This document shows, piece after piece, positions 1-12,965 of a stretch of DNA of 64,000 nt (positions within the stretch are counted from its first letter, which is position 1; each line of letters starts with the position of its first letter). Position numbers and translations under genes: made by a program. Source of the DNA: Octopus bimaculoides (lineage: Eukaryota); assembly GCF_001194135.2 (NCBI RefSeq), contig NC_068983.1:138549285-138613284 (forward strand). The letters run 5' to 3'. The notes under the pieces were generated by a model that ran no database searches, was not told where the DNA came from, and saw only the letters and a list, made by a program, of their open reading frames with translations.

Positions 1-62
1 TGGTGCGTTATGTTCCTGAGCAAAACGCTTTGTTTTACGTTGCTCTGCGATCACTTCGATAC
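1..62 (+). mobile_element. SINE body fragment
   Basis: tggtgcgttatgttcctgagcaaaacgctt resembles the conserved 'gtgtccttgagcaagacactt' core of metazoan tRNA-SINEs; it is cut off by the window edge. Confidence 0.4.
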
Positions 63-574
63 CTGACACCATGTTCAGGCAACGTTGATTTGATTGGGGC
101 TAATATGCAAAACAAATCGTTTGTCCAGGTCTTTCGGTAAAAGTTGAATGCTAAATGTCACCTTCGACGGGAAAGTCCATCATTATTATTATACGCGAGC
201 TTAAGTATAATTCCAACCCCCTGCGTGTTTATAAATGGATGTAAAATGCCATCGAGAGCCTCGAATTTAAGCCCTATTATCACCAACAGTGTATACCCCC
301 CTCACAACTATTGCTAGCAACGAATGAGACAACAAAGCTGAGAGTCCTTAAAAGTGCAACATAGTGATGCAGAGATAACTCACATCCTGAAACTTTCCCC
401 ATCCTTCATTGTCACAGTAGAACACATAGCTTTGTACAAAAAATGTCCAAAACATAACCGAAACCCCATTATAAAGGACCCTAAGTTTCAGTAGCTAAAG
501 AGTTGTGCGTGATGATATTCGGTACAAGTCATATATGGCACTGAGAGTTCAGTTTATGTCGATTGTGACAAGTG

Positions 575-1068
575 AACATAGTTCGATCCGTGCAAAACGC
601 TTGCTAAACAAGTTATAACACACGAGGCTGCAATGTTTTGGTTTTTCTCCGATGACAAAAACTTCGATGAGGAACGAAAGTTAAACCGAAGGAGCAAAAG
701 ATGGTTAAGCAGAGATCCGAATGAAATTCCAACGGTCATACATGGAAACTTTGCAACAACTGTAATGTTTCTGGCAGCCGTCAGTAACGAAGAAGATATC
801 ATACTTCCTCACGTTTGTCACAGGGCTCAAAATTCAATACCGCTGTCTACAGAAGCGCATTGGAGAAAGTTGTAGGGGCCCTGAGTAGACAGAGTCCGCA
901 AGGGAAGAATGTATGTCTTCTGAAAAATGTGTGCCCTGTCTCATATGTTAGGACAAAACAAGTGTAGATGGGTGCCTATCTCTGTAATCGTGTTCTCCTA
1001 GACACATAACCGCCTAGCTCACCAGACGTGAATCCACTAGACTATTACGCATGTGACATTGTCGAGAG
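575..1068 (+). mobile_element. Tc1/mariner (DD37D/maT-like) transposase remnant
   Basis: RAKRLLNKL..MFWFFSDDKNFD (FSDEK, first Asp), then LEKVVGP*VDRV..GRMYVF, and PSSPDVNPLDYY (SPDLNPLDY motif); stops and frameshifts are present. Confidence 0.88.
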
Positions 1069-1129
1069 AAAGGAGAGAAGAGAGAGATGGAGAGAGAGAA
1101 AGAGACCAACACCCCATAACCCCGTCAAT

Positions 1130-1640
1130 CTGTTCCTTCTATCATGTAAGACATCATGGTAGGTTCACCTCTTTTTGTGTATGAATGTACACTAATTTGA
1201 TATGAAAAATATATTGTCTATTCACTATTTTATGCATTCTAGCCACTGGTAGAAAAATTTCTCTAATTTTTCTACCCTATATATTTTCTTAATATGATTT
1301 TAGTAATTTCGAAGTAAGTCGACATTTTTATTTACTGGTGATAACTGCATTTACGTGGTGGATTTGAAAAATTATAATGTATAAGGATGAGACATGTTAT
1401 CTATCGCATAATTAAATGATAATTTTTAGCGCCCTTACTGATGAGAACACGCAAAACAAATTACTTTATTTGTTCATTAATGTTCGAAACCTAGGTACAA
1501 GTGGTAACTATTGAAAATGTTTTTATTTTTCATCCCCTTCGAAATTGCTCTTAACCGTGGTTTGGGCTTTTACTGTTCCTTCTAGCATGTAAGGTATCCT
1601 TTTAGGCTCACCTCTTTTGTGTATGAATGCACACTAATTT
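1130..1640. repeat. ~68-bp diverged direct repeat (1130-1198 and 1573-1640)
   Basis: ctgttccttctatcatgtaag...cacctctttttgtgtatgaatgtacactaattt versus ctgttccttctagcatgtaag...cacctcttttgtgtatgaatgcacactaattt. Confidence 0.8.
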
Positions 1641-3489
1641 TTTATATATATATATATATATNNNNNNNNNNNNNNNNNNNNNNNNNNNNNNNNNNNNNNN
1701 NNNNNNNNNNNNNNNNNNNNNNNNNNNNNNNNNNNNNNNNNNNNNNNNNNNNNNNNNNNNNNNNNNNNNNNNNNNNNNNNNNNNNNNNNNNNNNNNNNNN
1801 NNNNNNNNNNNNNNNNNNNNNNNNNNNNNNNNNNNNNNNNNNNNNNNNNNNNNNNNNNNNNNNNNNNNNNNNNNNNNNNNNNNNNNNNNNNNNNNNNNNN
1901 NNNNNNNNNNNNNNNNNNNNNNNNNNNNNNNNNNNNNNNNNNNNNNNNNNNNNNNNNNNNNNNNNNNNNNNNNNNNNNNNNNNNNNNNNNNNNNNNNNNN
2001 NNNNNNNNNNNNNNNNNNNGTTCCAACACTGTCTGTTTTTTATGTTTTATTTATATTCCTGCAGAACTAATGTGGGGTATAGAATATGGAATATACAATA
2101 TATAATATGATATACAATATACAATATAAAATAAAATCAAATAAAAATGGATGGCACCATGAAAGAAAGTATTGAATGTAGATGAAATATTGAGTGTTCA
2201 ATATAAAGGATCAAATATATAAATATATAAATATAGATATATATATATATAAAGGCGACTCGAGTTTCAGGGCTATTTCCCTTCGTCATGGCCGGTATGA
2301 CAGACTTTAACATATATATATATATATATATATGGATGTGTGTAGTTTTCCCTTGTTTACAATTAACACAGAAAAAAAACAGTTACCAGGGCAGGAAAAA
2401 ATTACACAAGTAATAAGGACGTAATATCCTGTTTGTAAAGGTAGAAACTCCGGGTTGATGTGAAATGTCTCGTATAATATATGTAAATAAATAAATGGCA
2501 TTAAACGCAGGTGTTATTCAAATTCTTTTACTTCCGACATATGTTCCGAAGACAAAATTTGGTATTATTCCAAAAGAATAAAATATTGTAAAACAATGTG
2601 ATCTTCTCGTCAGGGAAAAAAAGAAAGAAACCAAACTCACCAATAAGATATTTTAACAGAATGTGATGGATGTGTATAATGATGAACGGAACGCTATTAA
2701 GTTATTTTTTAAACATCGTTAGAAGATATAACGTCAAAGGTAGCCTATAGAAAGAGAAGGGGTAAAGGAAAGAAATATACAGAAAATTAATAAAGGAGAA
2801 ATATAGACCGATATGTGAATTAAAATGAAAGCTTAAAGGCTTGGAAATAGATATATCTAGTCGAAGTTAATGCTAGAAGAAAATCAATGTTCAAATTATA
2901 TAGAATTGTAAATATCACGTATATGGACTGAAGATATGTTTCTGCCAATGTTTACATCGATAAGCACGCTCTATAAACGTGTTTACAAGGGGATTCTTAG
3001 AAAATAGAATATAAAATAGTTCACTATTACAGAATTGGCAGAATTCTTTACCTTTATCATATGGGAATGAAATGGAGAGAATCAATCTAAATTAAATTGT
3101 TGATTATGGTCTTTTCAGATACCAAATTAATTTACTAAGCTCTGTACTGTTGCGTTTATTACTATCCCTAAATGTAGAGTAATGATTATAAATTCTTTTA
3201 GATAACTGAGAAGAACTACCTATATAAAAAAGACTTCGGTACCGGAAGTAATTTTACACTGGTATATAGAGTTTTTAGTCTTAGACTTACCAGACATAAA
3301 CTTAATTCTGTTGGAATTGACTTCAGAGACAATAAACTTGTTGTTGATATTTCTAGAGGAGCAGTTAGTATTAGCTAAATTAATGTCATTATTTTCAGTA
3401 ATTGCATTCTTATTTAACAAACTAATATTACGTGAAGAGATAATTTTTGAAAGTTTTTTTTGTGTTAGAAAAACTAATCCTAACCGTGT

Positions 3490-3815
3490 GCGAGTTGGTT
3501 ATCGAGTAATACCTAGAATTCTTTGGAAAATTTCTAATAATAGCTTCCCGAAAATGGAAAGTAAGATTAGATTTAATTTGCCTCACACAAGGAATAATCA
3601 ACCAGATAGTTTTGCTAGTAGTTGCCTTATTTTTAGTTTATCTATCTTTAAAAGACATCGATTTAGTTCATTCTAAAGGTAAACAGATGTCTTTTAAAGA
3701 CAGTTACTAAAAATAAGGCAACTACTAGCAAAACTATTTGGTTGATTATTTCTTATGAGAGGGAAATTAAATCTAATCTTCCTTTGCAGTAGGTATTACT
3801 CGATAATCAACTCGC
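3490..3815. repeat. Long inverted repeat / fold-back (arms 3490-3659 and 3686-3815)
   Basis: The right arm reverse-complements the left arm; the left arm carries roughly 35-45 extra bases; the spacer is ~26 bp. Confidence 0.9.
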
Positions 3816-4163
3816 GTTTGACTCCATATATATATATATANNNNNNNNNNNNNNNNNNNNNNNNNNNNNNNNNNNNNNNNNNNNNNNNNNNNNNNNNNNN
3901 NNNNNNNNNNNNNNNNNNNNNNNNNNNNNNNNNNNNNNNNNNNNNNNNNNNNNNNNNNNNNNNNNNNNNNNNNNNNNNNNNNNNNNNNNNNNCATAGACG
4001 TATTTCGGAAATGAAATCTTGGAGTATGAGAGGGGAACCCCTCCCAGAATGAGAATGTAATAATTTTAAAGTGAGCATAAATATATGTACCTGAAAAATT
4101 TGTATGATGAGAAGTATAATATATGTAAAAAAAAAAAAAGAAGAAAACTATCAGTAGAAATAT

Positions 4164-4684
4164 ATTACATGGAAAAATGCGAGCATGAACAGTAATATTC
4201 TTAAGATTATAAACCTGGAAAAGTACAGGGTAAGTTATTACACCTGTAAAAGTATAGGACAAGCTATTACTTCAAGTAAAGTAAAGAATAAGAAACTTTT
4301 TACTTAAAATATTGCAGCAAACAATGCCAGTTCTTCTAATTTAGCACTCTTCACAGTTGTCATCTTTTAAATTTATTGTACAAAACTGTTCAGCTAATTT
4401 GTAAGTTTGTCTAATTAGTCACTTTTTTCTGTATTTGAGGTAGTAAATTAGCCAAATTAAACTTAAATAAGTGTTGTTTTATTTGTAAGCTATAATAAAA
4501 TATTTTTTAATATTCAAATTTTAATTTTAGCTGCAATATTTTAAGTAAAAAGTTTCTTATTCTTTACTTTTCTTGAAGTAATAGTTTGTCCTATACTTTT
4601 ACAGGTGTAGTAACTTGTCCTGTACGTTTCCAGGCTTATCATCTTAATAATATTTCTTTTCATACTCGCATTTTTCCATGTAAT
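4164..4684. repeat. Long inverted repeat, MITE/fold-back-like (arms 4164-4318 and 4530-4684)
   Basis: attacatggaaaaatgcgag...aaaatattgcagc pairs with gctgcaatatttt...ctcgcatttttccatgtaat; arms ~155 bp, spacer ~210 bp. Confidence 0.9.
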
Positions 4685-5109
4685 CCATGTTTTTTTCCAG
4701 GCATGGTTGTTATAAGATAATTAATAATGTGTCAAGTAATAATTTAAGATTTTACCTTATAAAATATTGGGTAGGGGGATACATTGGCTGCTATTTTTAG
4801 CGTGTCGAGCGACCAGGTAGAGACTCTTTCATTGGTTTGATTGCGTTATGAGATTTTTGTACACATATATGTATATCATTGGTAGAAGTTAGAGAGTAAG
4901 TCAAAAGCTGACAGTTTCGTGTATTGGCACTTATCAAACGCGAATTTGTCCATTGTCACATTGCAACTTGTGACGAAATAATTTCTAAAATACAAAATTT
5001 TGACAAAACGTTAAGAGTAAACCCTGTTGTATGTGACACATTGTACCAGTATCGGAAGTTTCAAAGCGTTTAGTTAAAAAAAATAATATATACTTAAATA
5101 ATCTGTACG

Positions 5110-5239
5110 TCAAATTGAATAGATTCGAAATAGATACAAAGCGAAGTCGGCGGAATTTCAGCTCGAACTATAAACACAGGTGAAAACCAATAAGTATTTC
5201 GCCCGGCGCGCTAACGTCACTGCCAGCTCGCCGTCTTAG
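5110..5239 (-). mobile_element. tRNA-derived SINE (family A), degenerate 5' part
   Basis: Reverse complement reads taagacggcgagctggcagtgacgttagcgcgccgggcgaaatactt..., the same head as the other family A copies in the window. Confidence 0.8.
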
Positions 5240-5913
5240 AACGTACCCATTAATTTTAGCAATATATTCTTTATTCTTATTGCTAAGCGTTACTTCCTTA
5301 CTCTCTTACACGAAGTTTCGTGGTATTTCAACCCATAATGTTTCTTCTACTAATCTTTGACTAACAACTCTGAATTCCTCATACAGTTTTCTATCATTTA
5401 AGCCTAAGAAAAGTATACTTTTATTTTAAAATAAAAAGAAAAATGTATGTTAATTGAAGGTGTATAGGTGCCTTAATGTCCCCATTGAAGTCACAGATAT
5501 TTTGATATACCTTTATTTCTACTGAACCAAATCTCAGACTATTTATGCCACAGTGTAGCTGAGGAGGTGTTCTCTTTAAAGCTGTTAACAGATTGCAATT
5601 TAGTTGAGAACTGAATTAGTGGTGAAGCTTGGAAGCTGCTGTAGTTGAGGAAATGGTGGACTTAAGAATATATTCAACCACTACCGTGGTGGAATGGTAT
5701 ACATACGCACGCGCACACACACACACACACACACACACATATCGTTTCTATAAGAATTGATAAACTTTGGAATGTAATCGGAAATTTTGAAGTACGTAAA
5801 CTTATAAATAATAGTATGTAGACATTGCGTTCATGTGTTTTATATGCTTTGAGATCAACTATTTAATACAGACACGCGAGCGCGGACATGCATGCATGCA
5901 TACATACATACAA

Positions 5914-6010
<97 letters not shown>

Positions 6011-6170
6011 CACATGATACGTCCAGTAAACTTATTTGCAACAGCCTTCAATATAATGTTTCAGTCCTCGCAGCAAATAAAGAAATCACTGTTATCATGA
6101 TGATTTACCTCATTCACACAAAGCGTTTCACCCGCCAGAAACAGACAAATATCCAGGAATCTAATATGTA

Positions 6171-6207
<37 letters not shown>

Positions 6208-6279
6208 NNNNNNNNNNNNNNNNNNNNNNNNNNNNNNNNNNNNNNNNNNNNNNNNNNNNNNNNNNNNNNNNNNNNNNNN

Positions 6280-6342
<63 letters not shown>

Positions 6343-7142
6343 GTTAGAGAGATATTATTTATTGTATATAAAAGAACGAAGAGGAAAGCTATCGAAAATA
6401 GATTGTAAAATATTAAAATAGACATATGATAGAAAGTGGGGGAGTGACGAATGTTTCAGTGACAACAATGAAGTTAATTAGGAGGTTTGTTCAGCTTTTA
6501 CACAACTGAGATTTAACGGTATTGTGTCACTATAGTTGAGCCTGTGGATAAGCTGTCCTCTCATGACATGCACTCTTGTCCTGAAGATTCCGCGTTCTTT
6601 TGAGCCACTTTATCGTTTATATTTATTTATTTAATACTTTTAACGTGTGGTTTGTGTGATACGTGGCTACTACTTAAAGTACATTGATGAGTAATATGGA
6701 TTATTTGTTGTTGTTTGACAGGCTGTATCAATGTCAGCAATAGAAATCTCAAAAATATGCTGCGTGGTATTCTAAATATTTCTCTATTTCTCTATCAAAT
6801 TTTCTTTCTTTTCTGTCTCTCCCACGCCTCTTCATGTTAAGTTCTTCATACCTCACAAGAATATATAGAATACAACAGCATTCCAAAAATGGCTTTCAAT
6901 TTCATGTCGCTTTAATTAATATCATACTGATTTCAACCATTAACGACATTTGGACACAGATTGGTGGGAAATGTCTAACCCGATAATTCAACTGCCATTC
7001 TTTGATTATATTCTACGTTATCGACCGTGGAAGCATGACTAAGCGGCATCTTATTAACTCCATTAAACGATTTCCAAGTCATACACTGCTTCCATAGTAG
7101 GCATAGAAATAAATATATTTACCTTCATCATATTTATATATA

Positions 7143-7296
7143 ATAGGCATAGGTGTGTAGTAAGAAGCTTGCTTCCCAACCACATGGTTCCGGGGATCAG
7201 TCCCATTGCGAAGCACCTTAGGTAAGTGCTTTATACTATAGTCTCGGGCTAATCAAAGCCTTGTGAGTGGGATTTGGCAGGCACAAACTGAAAGTC
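7143..7296 (+). mobile_element. tRNA-derived SINE (family B), 5' part
   Basis: ataggcataggtgtgtagtaagaagcttgcttcccaaccacatggttccgggg...aaactgaaagtccatcgta; homologous to 49297-49712. Confidence 0.85.
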
Positions 7297-7301
7297 CATC
7301 G

Positions 7302-7330
<29 letters not shown>

Positions 7331-7333
<3 letters not shown>

Positions 7334-7638
7334 GGATTACGATGCCCTGCCCACCATATTCACCGGACATTGCTCCATCTGATTATCATTTATTCCGCAG
7401 TCGTCAGAATCATTTGGATGGAAAAAATATGAATTGTGTAGACGAGCTCAGAACAGTATTGGAGGAATATTTTTCGTCACTGACAAATAAATTTCGGAAG
7501 AGGGGACCTTGCAAATTTACCAGATAGATGGAAGAGCTTTGTAGAAAATGAAGGGAAGTATATTTTAAATTTAAAAATAATTGAATTTATCTTCATTTTG
7601 AAAACTAAAAGAAGTAAAAATGCACAGATAACCAAATA
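7331..7638 (+). mobile_element. mariner (DD34D) transposase C-terminal remnant with 3' end
   Basis: PCPPYSPDIAPSDYHLFRS is the diagnostic YSPDLAPSDY motif, followed (frameshifted) by LPDRWKSFVENEGKYIL. Confidence 0.92.
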
Positions 7639-9000
7639 TATATATGTACGTGTGCGTTTGTCTACGTTTGTATGCGTGTAAGTGTGTGTGTGTGTATCCG
7701 TATTTGAATTGCTGTGTTAGATACAACTCAGCTAGTTATTAAAAAAGGTTAATGTTTCAAAAAATATAATTCAACCACTCGGTGAAATTAGAGATCGATA
7801 TGACTGTCACTGGAGTGATATGATTGATTAGTTTCGATATCAGTATCCTACATTTGCCATTGTACGGTAAATGAAACCCGAGAAAGAACATTTTCTCGAA
7901 TAAAATGTAAATGTCTGCAATAGTTATTGGTGGGAAGAAATATGAATATAAGATACATTATACTGGATTCAAGTACAACATGGAAGGTCGATTATGGCTG
8001 GACATGAACTTAGAAAATAGTGCTACAAAGGTAAATGCTTTGATCTGCTTAGGCTTGCACATTACCTTTTTTTTTTGTTGTGTTCTATCCTTAACTCACC
8101 ACTCCAATTTTAGATGTAATGAATATGTAATGTTAAACCTGATGTTTGGGGTACAAACATTGGCTAAAACTGGCAGTGGTTCAGTAGCTTTTCGTATATA
8201 ATACATCAAAGTTTTCATAGAATAAAGGAAATCAAATAGCAGAGAAAGAGACAATCATTTTAAGTCAACAAACGTTGATTGTCAATGGAAGAAGACATCA
8301 AAAACTGTTGTGTTGTTTTATCATCTGAAACATTCAAGACGCAAAACTAAAGAAAGCGGGTTGGGGGAGTGAGAAACCTCATTATTAAACTAGAGTTACT
8401 TGATTGCTATCTTATAGAAAGCAACAAAGCTGATAACATGCCTTATAGCGGTGCTCTAATTCTGTACTTCGATTTGTCTTCGTTTATCTACTTACAAACT
8501 GTCGTTAAGACAGCAGTAATGTTTTGAAAATATAATAAAATTGATCACTCTTTTATAGATTTCCACTTTAGAATGTTAGCTTTATACGTACGTTGAAACT
8601 GAGTAACTCACCGAGACATATGTGGATATGTGTAGAACTGACTATAAAATACAGAATCATGTGTATATATAACAATTTATACACAAGTGTAAATAAAATG
8701 CATTACTAAGAAGTAAACTTAGTATGATGGACAAATAAAAGAAGTAAAGTACAGAAATTATTTCCACCTACGTGAGTTCAAATTCCAAATTATATACAGT
8801 GAACTTTGAAGTTTCGTCCTATTTCGATTAATAAAATAACTAATAGAGAGATATTGGGACTTATTCAGTATATTTATGGCAATCTATATCTCGATAAAAA
8901 TACTGCTATGAAAAGTAGCACATTGATGCAGGAGAAACTTCAATTACTCTAATGTCTCTTAAAATGTTGACTGCACAACTATATTTACAGAACCTCACAC

Positions 9001-9003
<3 letters not shown>

Positions 9004-9083
<80 letters not shown>
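9004..9083. repeat. (CA)n microsatellite
   Basis: Perfect dinucleotide run, one of dozens of CA, TA, TACA and GA arrays in the window. Confidence 0.99.
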
Positions 9084-9085
<2 letters not shown>

Positions 9086-9239
9086 ATATTGTACATATGA
9101 TATACGTTATAAAGTATATATAACAAAAAATGCAAAGAGTCAGAAAACAAACAAAGTAGGAAAAGAAACATCATCTGATTCAACCGTCTCTTAAGTCTAA
9201 ATGTAGCACACAGCTTCCTAACATTTATTAGTATTCCCA

Positions 9240-9640
9240 ACTGAAGACAAATACGGCAAAATATTCAGTAGAGACAATTCAAAAGTCAGCTACAGCTACA
9301 CAAGAAGACATGAAATGCATCATACAATTACTAAATAACAGCACACCTGCAAATAATCAACATAGAGCAGAAAAAAAGGTTCAACAGCATAAGATCTAGT
9401 AAATGCACGTTACGGAAATTATATACAAATTAGCAGTCGATAAAACAAGTTTCAAAGGAAAGACAAAAATGATAGAACTAAATATGTGCTACAAATGGAA
9501 ACTTTAAAGACAAATACATAAAACGTGCAAAGGCATCCCGGACCATATATAAAGGAACGCAATATCTCAGAGATATTAGGACAGAGATGTTGTAACTTTA
9601 CCGCAAACATAAAATAGGAAATTACAATCTTGGCATGATC
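9240..9640 (+). mobile_element. Degraded Penelope-like element, C-terminal / GIY-YIG region
   Basis: KYGKIFSRDNSKVSYS (cf. KIFNRNxxKVSYSC), EIIYKLAV and ATNGNFKDKY, spread across frameshifts. Confidence 0.55.
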
Positions 9641-10257
9641 ATGCATAAACGATTATTGCATCTATCACCGGTGCAACAAAGGAAAGTAGCACATAAATAC
9701 AAAAGCACAAACGCATTCGAAATAAGAAAACTGAAGCCGTATCATGATACAAATAACAAAATACGCCCGAATTCCAAGCGGGATAACATAACCACCGCCC
9801 TCAAAAATATAGCAATCCCACAAGCATAAAACACAGACACACAGATACACACGCAAACAGACACACACAAGTAAGCACACGCACACATTCGTATACAAAG
9901 AAACAAGACGCGCAATAGTAATAGGATGCAATAGCATACAACCACTAACGCAGCCATAAATTCAAAAAATTAATTACTATATATCGTATATGTATATATA
10001 ACGAAATTTTAACACCAAGCAGTGTTTAGGCATTAAGAAAAATTAGGCTAGTTAAATATGCTTGTGACGTATTTCAACTCAGTGTTTTCACATCTTTTTA
10101 CCATAAGAAAGGCATTGTCTCCACGCTAACTGCAATGAATTTACCATTTAGCAGTTGTAATATGTCATAAACATATTTTAACTAACCTAAATTTTCCTAT
10201 ATAAATATATATATTCATAAAAGGTTATACATATATACGCACACGCAGTTATATATA

Positions 10258-10290
<33 letters not shown>

Positions 10291-10300
10291 NNNNNNNNNN

Positions 10301-10548
10301 CAGTCAAGTTTTGTTTATGGTCCATTCAAGTAGTGAGTTCTTATTGAGTGAGTTGTGTCCAGGTATGGGTGGCTTGTCTGGTATTCCTTGAAGAAATCTG
10401 TCTAGACTCCGTTTAAAGCGGATAGGATCCTGTTCCTCTTTTATCTCTTTCGGGACAATGTTAAACAGGGCAGGGCCTGTTGAGGAAAAGAAATTATGTC
10501 GCAGTGTACCTATATGTTGTGATCCTGAATTGGGTAGTCAGCGCATTA
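10301..10548 (-). mobile_element. CR1/L2-like LINE ORF2 C-terminus
   Basis: Reverse-complement translation TLRHNFFSSTGPALFNIVPKEIKEEQDPIRFKRSLDRFLQGIPDKPPIPGHNSLNKNSLLEW*, typical of the LFN.LP...FK..LD..L..IPD.P..NSL..W terminus. Confidence 0.75.
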
Positions 10549-10810
10549 GTAAAGAGTCATATTTTATCACAAAATATAAACTCCTTTTGAATGCGTCCAC
10601 CACAAATGACACTATAACAAGGACCTTAGAATAATACCCCCGCAAATATTAAAAACGATATATTCAGAACAGTCACTACCCAACAATTAATTCAGAACAA
10701 TTCCAATCACTACTACTCTAACCACCCCTGGTCACTTTTAGGTCACTTAACCATTTAAGAAGATTTCCCCAACATCCTACTAGTGTCATAGCACTCACGC
10801 ATTTTTATTA

Positions 10811-11015
10811 TTCTTTCTTCTTCTTGTTCTTCTTGTTCTTCTTCTTCTTCTTGTTCTTCTTCTTCTTCTTCTTCTTCTTCTTCTTCTTCTTCTTCTTCTT
10901 CTTCTTCTTCTTCTTCTTCTTCTTCTTCTTCTTCTTCTTCTTCTTCTTCTTCTTCTTCTTCTTCTTCTTCTTCTTCTTCTTCTTCTTCTTCTTCTTCTTC
11001 TTCTTCTCCTCCTCC
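10811..11015. repeat. (TTC)n microsatellite
   Basis: About 200 bp trinucleotide run; explains the poly-F ORF. Confidence 0.99.
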
Positions 11016-11062
11016 TTTCTCAGCTACTACATATAGTGGAGTTGTAGATTAATTTCCTTTAC

Positions 11063-11137
11063 TCAAAACTAGAGGCTACGATAAACCGTCTATGACAAAC
11101 GCAAGCGAAAGAAGATCTGATCAGGGATGCTATACAC
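11063..11137 (-). CDS. Candidate 75-nt symmetric internal exon (unknown gene)
   Basis: Acceptor atcgattttcag|G, donor TGA|gtaaag; one open frame, CIASLIRSSFACVCHRRFIVASSF. Confidence 0.22.
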
Positions 11138-12193
11138 CTGAAAATCGATATTTATGTATTTTAGAGATTCCACCTTAATTAAATCTAAATTGAGTAACTG
11201 GAATGCGAAAATAATTATATTATATAACGAAATGTTAAAAATATGGATCTATAGACATTTCTTCCAAGATTTCAATCTTCGTCATATTAATAACAATAAC
11301 TATATTAAATCTTTCATAGACAGACAACAGAAAATGGCTTACCATGAAAAATATTTAACTTATTCGGCATTTTTAATACTTTTCAAAAACATTTTTATTC
11401 ACTGTTTAGAATGAATGATTCCCTGACGTAGTAGAGAAGTAATTATGTTGTTGCTTCAAGCTATATTCATTATCAGGGAAATCTACAGGATCATTCTTAA
11501 AGTATTGAAGCATCATAATATATATATATATACACACACATATATATATATGTGTGTATGTGTGTGTGTGTATGTATATATATATATATACACATATGTA
11601 TATACACACAGATATATATACACAGACAAACACACACACACACACACATATATACATATGTGTGCGTACACTTCAACAACCATGTTTCAAATTAGCTATC
11701 TATAACTAGATATTTCGTGTGAAGTTATACGTATGTGTATGTATGTATATATATATATATATGAGTGTGTGTGCGTGTATGTGTGTATGTGCATATATAT
11801 ATATATATATGCATACATACATATAGCAATCAAAATCTTCAAATTATGCGCGTGTAATAATGTGTGATTCCTTCAGCTAATTATAATCTCCACCATAAGT
11901 ATTCAAAATATGCTGCTTCATATGATATTTATTTCTTTGAGCTACTCATGTAGCATAATTATAACAGTCACGTGAAAATTCCAATTCAAATATTCTCAAT
12001 AATAATTCTTGATTATTCTCAAGATCTGAATTCCTTCGTAGTTAGGGTTTACAATTAGAGCCAATGTTTGCTGTGGAGATAATCAAGTAAGGATTTCGAG
12101 TAGTTAGAATAGCATTTGAAAAACAGAATTAACAGTAATAAACACCCACAACAAAAATAACAATATTCTGGAAAAATCTTAACTAACATATAG

Positions 12194-12255
12194 TGCCAGA
12201 TGGAAGGACACGTCGTCCTCAAAGAATTGTAGGAAGACGCTACATACTGGAATAA
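12194..12255 (+). CDS. Candidate terminal coding exon (unknown gene)
   Basis: Branch-like ctaac followed by atatag|; frame xPDGRTRRPQRIVGRRYILE*; GC is higher than the flanks. Confidence 0.22.
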
Positions 12256-12915
12256 GCTGTTAACTTAAACCTTTGGAACATACTTTTTATCACAATTAGT
12301 GGCAATTAGTCTCGTTAGTAACTGATTTTCAATGCCTTAATCATTGACATACTCGCTTCCTTGATGATAGGTATGTGAAAAAATTTCTGTGTAACCTGGT
12401 GCCGAACAAATATCGGAACAAACGTTCTTTTAAAAAACATCTATCCCTTGTCTTTTAAACCCATGTCATTAAGTTTCTATGAGGTATATTGTCGAAATAT
12501 ATACACAAGCATACATAAACCTATGCATCCATATATATATATATATATATATATATANNNNNNNNNNNNNNNNNNNNNNNNNNNNNNNNNNNNNNNNNNN
12601 NNNNNNNNNNNNNNNNNNNNNNNNNNNNNNNNNNNNNNNNNNNNNNNNNNNNNNNNNNNNNNNNNNNNNNNNNNNNNNNNNNNNNNNNNNNNNNNNNNNN
12701 NNNNNNNNNNNNNNNNNNNNNNNNNNNNNNNNNNNNNNNNNNNNNNNNNNNNNNNNNNNNNNNNNNNNNNNNNNNNNNTATATATATATATATATATATA
12801 TATTGATAGGAAGGAAAACAAAAGAAAGAGACCTCGATATTACGCACATAGAGGAATTTATCTGTAAAAATATGTGACACTTATTCGGTAGCCATGATAA
12901 AGCCTCGAGTTTCGG

Positions 12916-12965
<50 letters not shown>

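Noticed and set aside
2641-2744. Minus-strand segment with a good acceptor and gtgagt donor
   Set aside because: All three frames contain stops.
4765-5080. Possible DNA-transposon end (tattgggt.. and aagtttcaaagcgtttagtt)
   Set aside because: No paired TIR or coding motif found.
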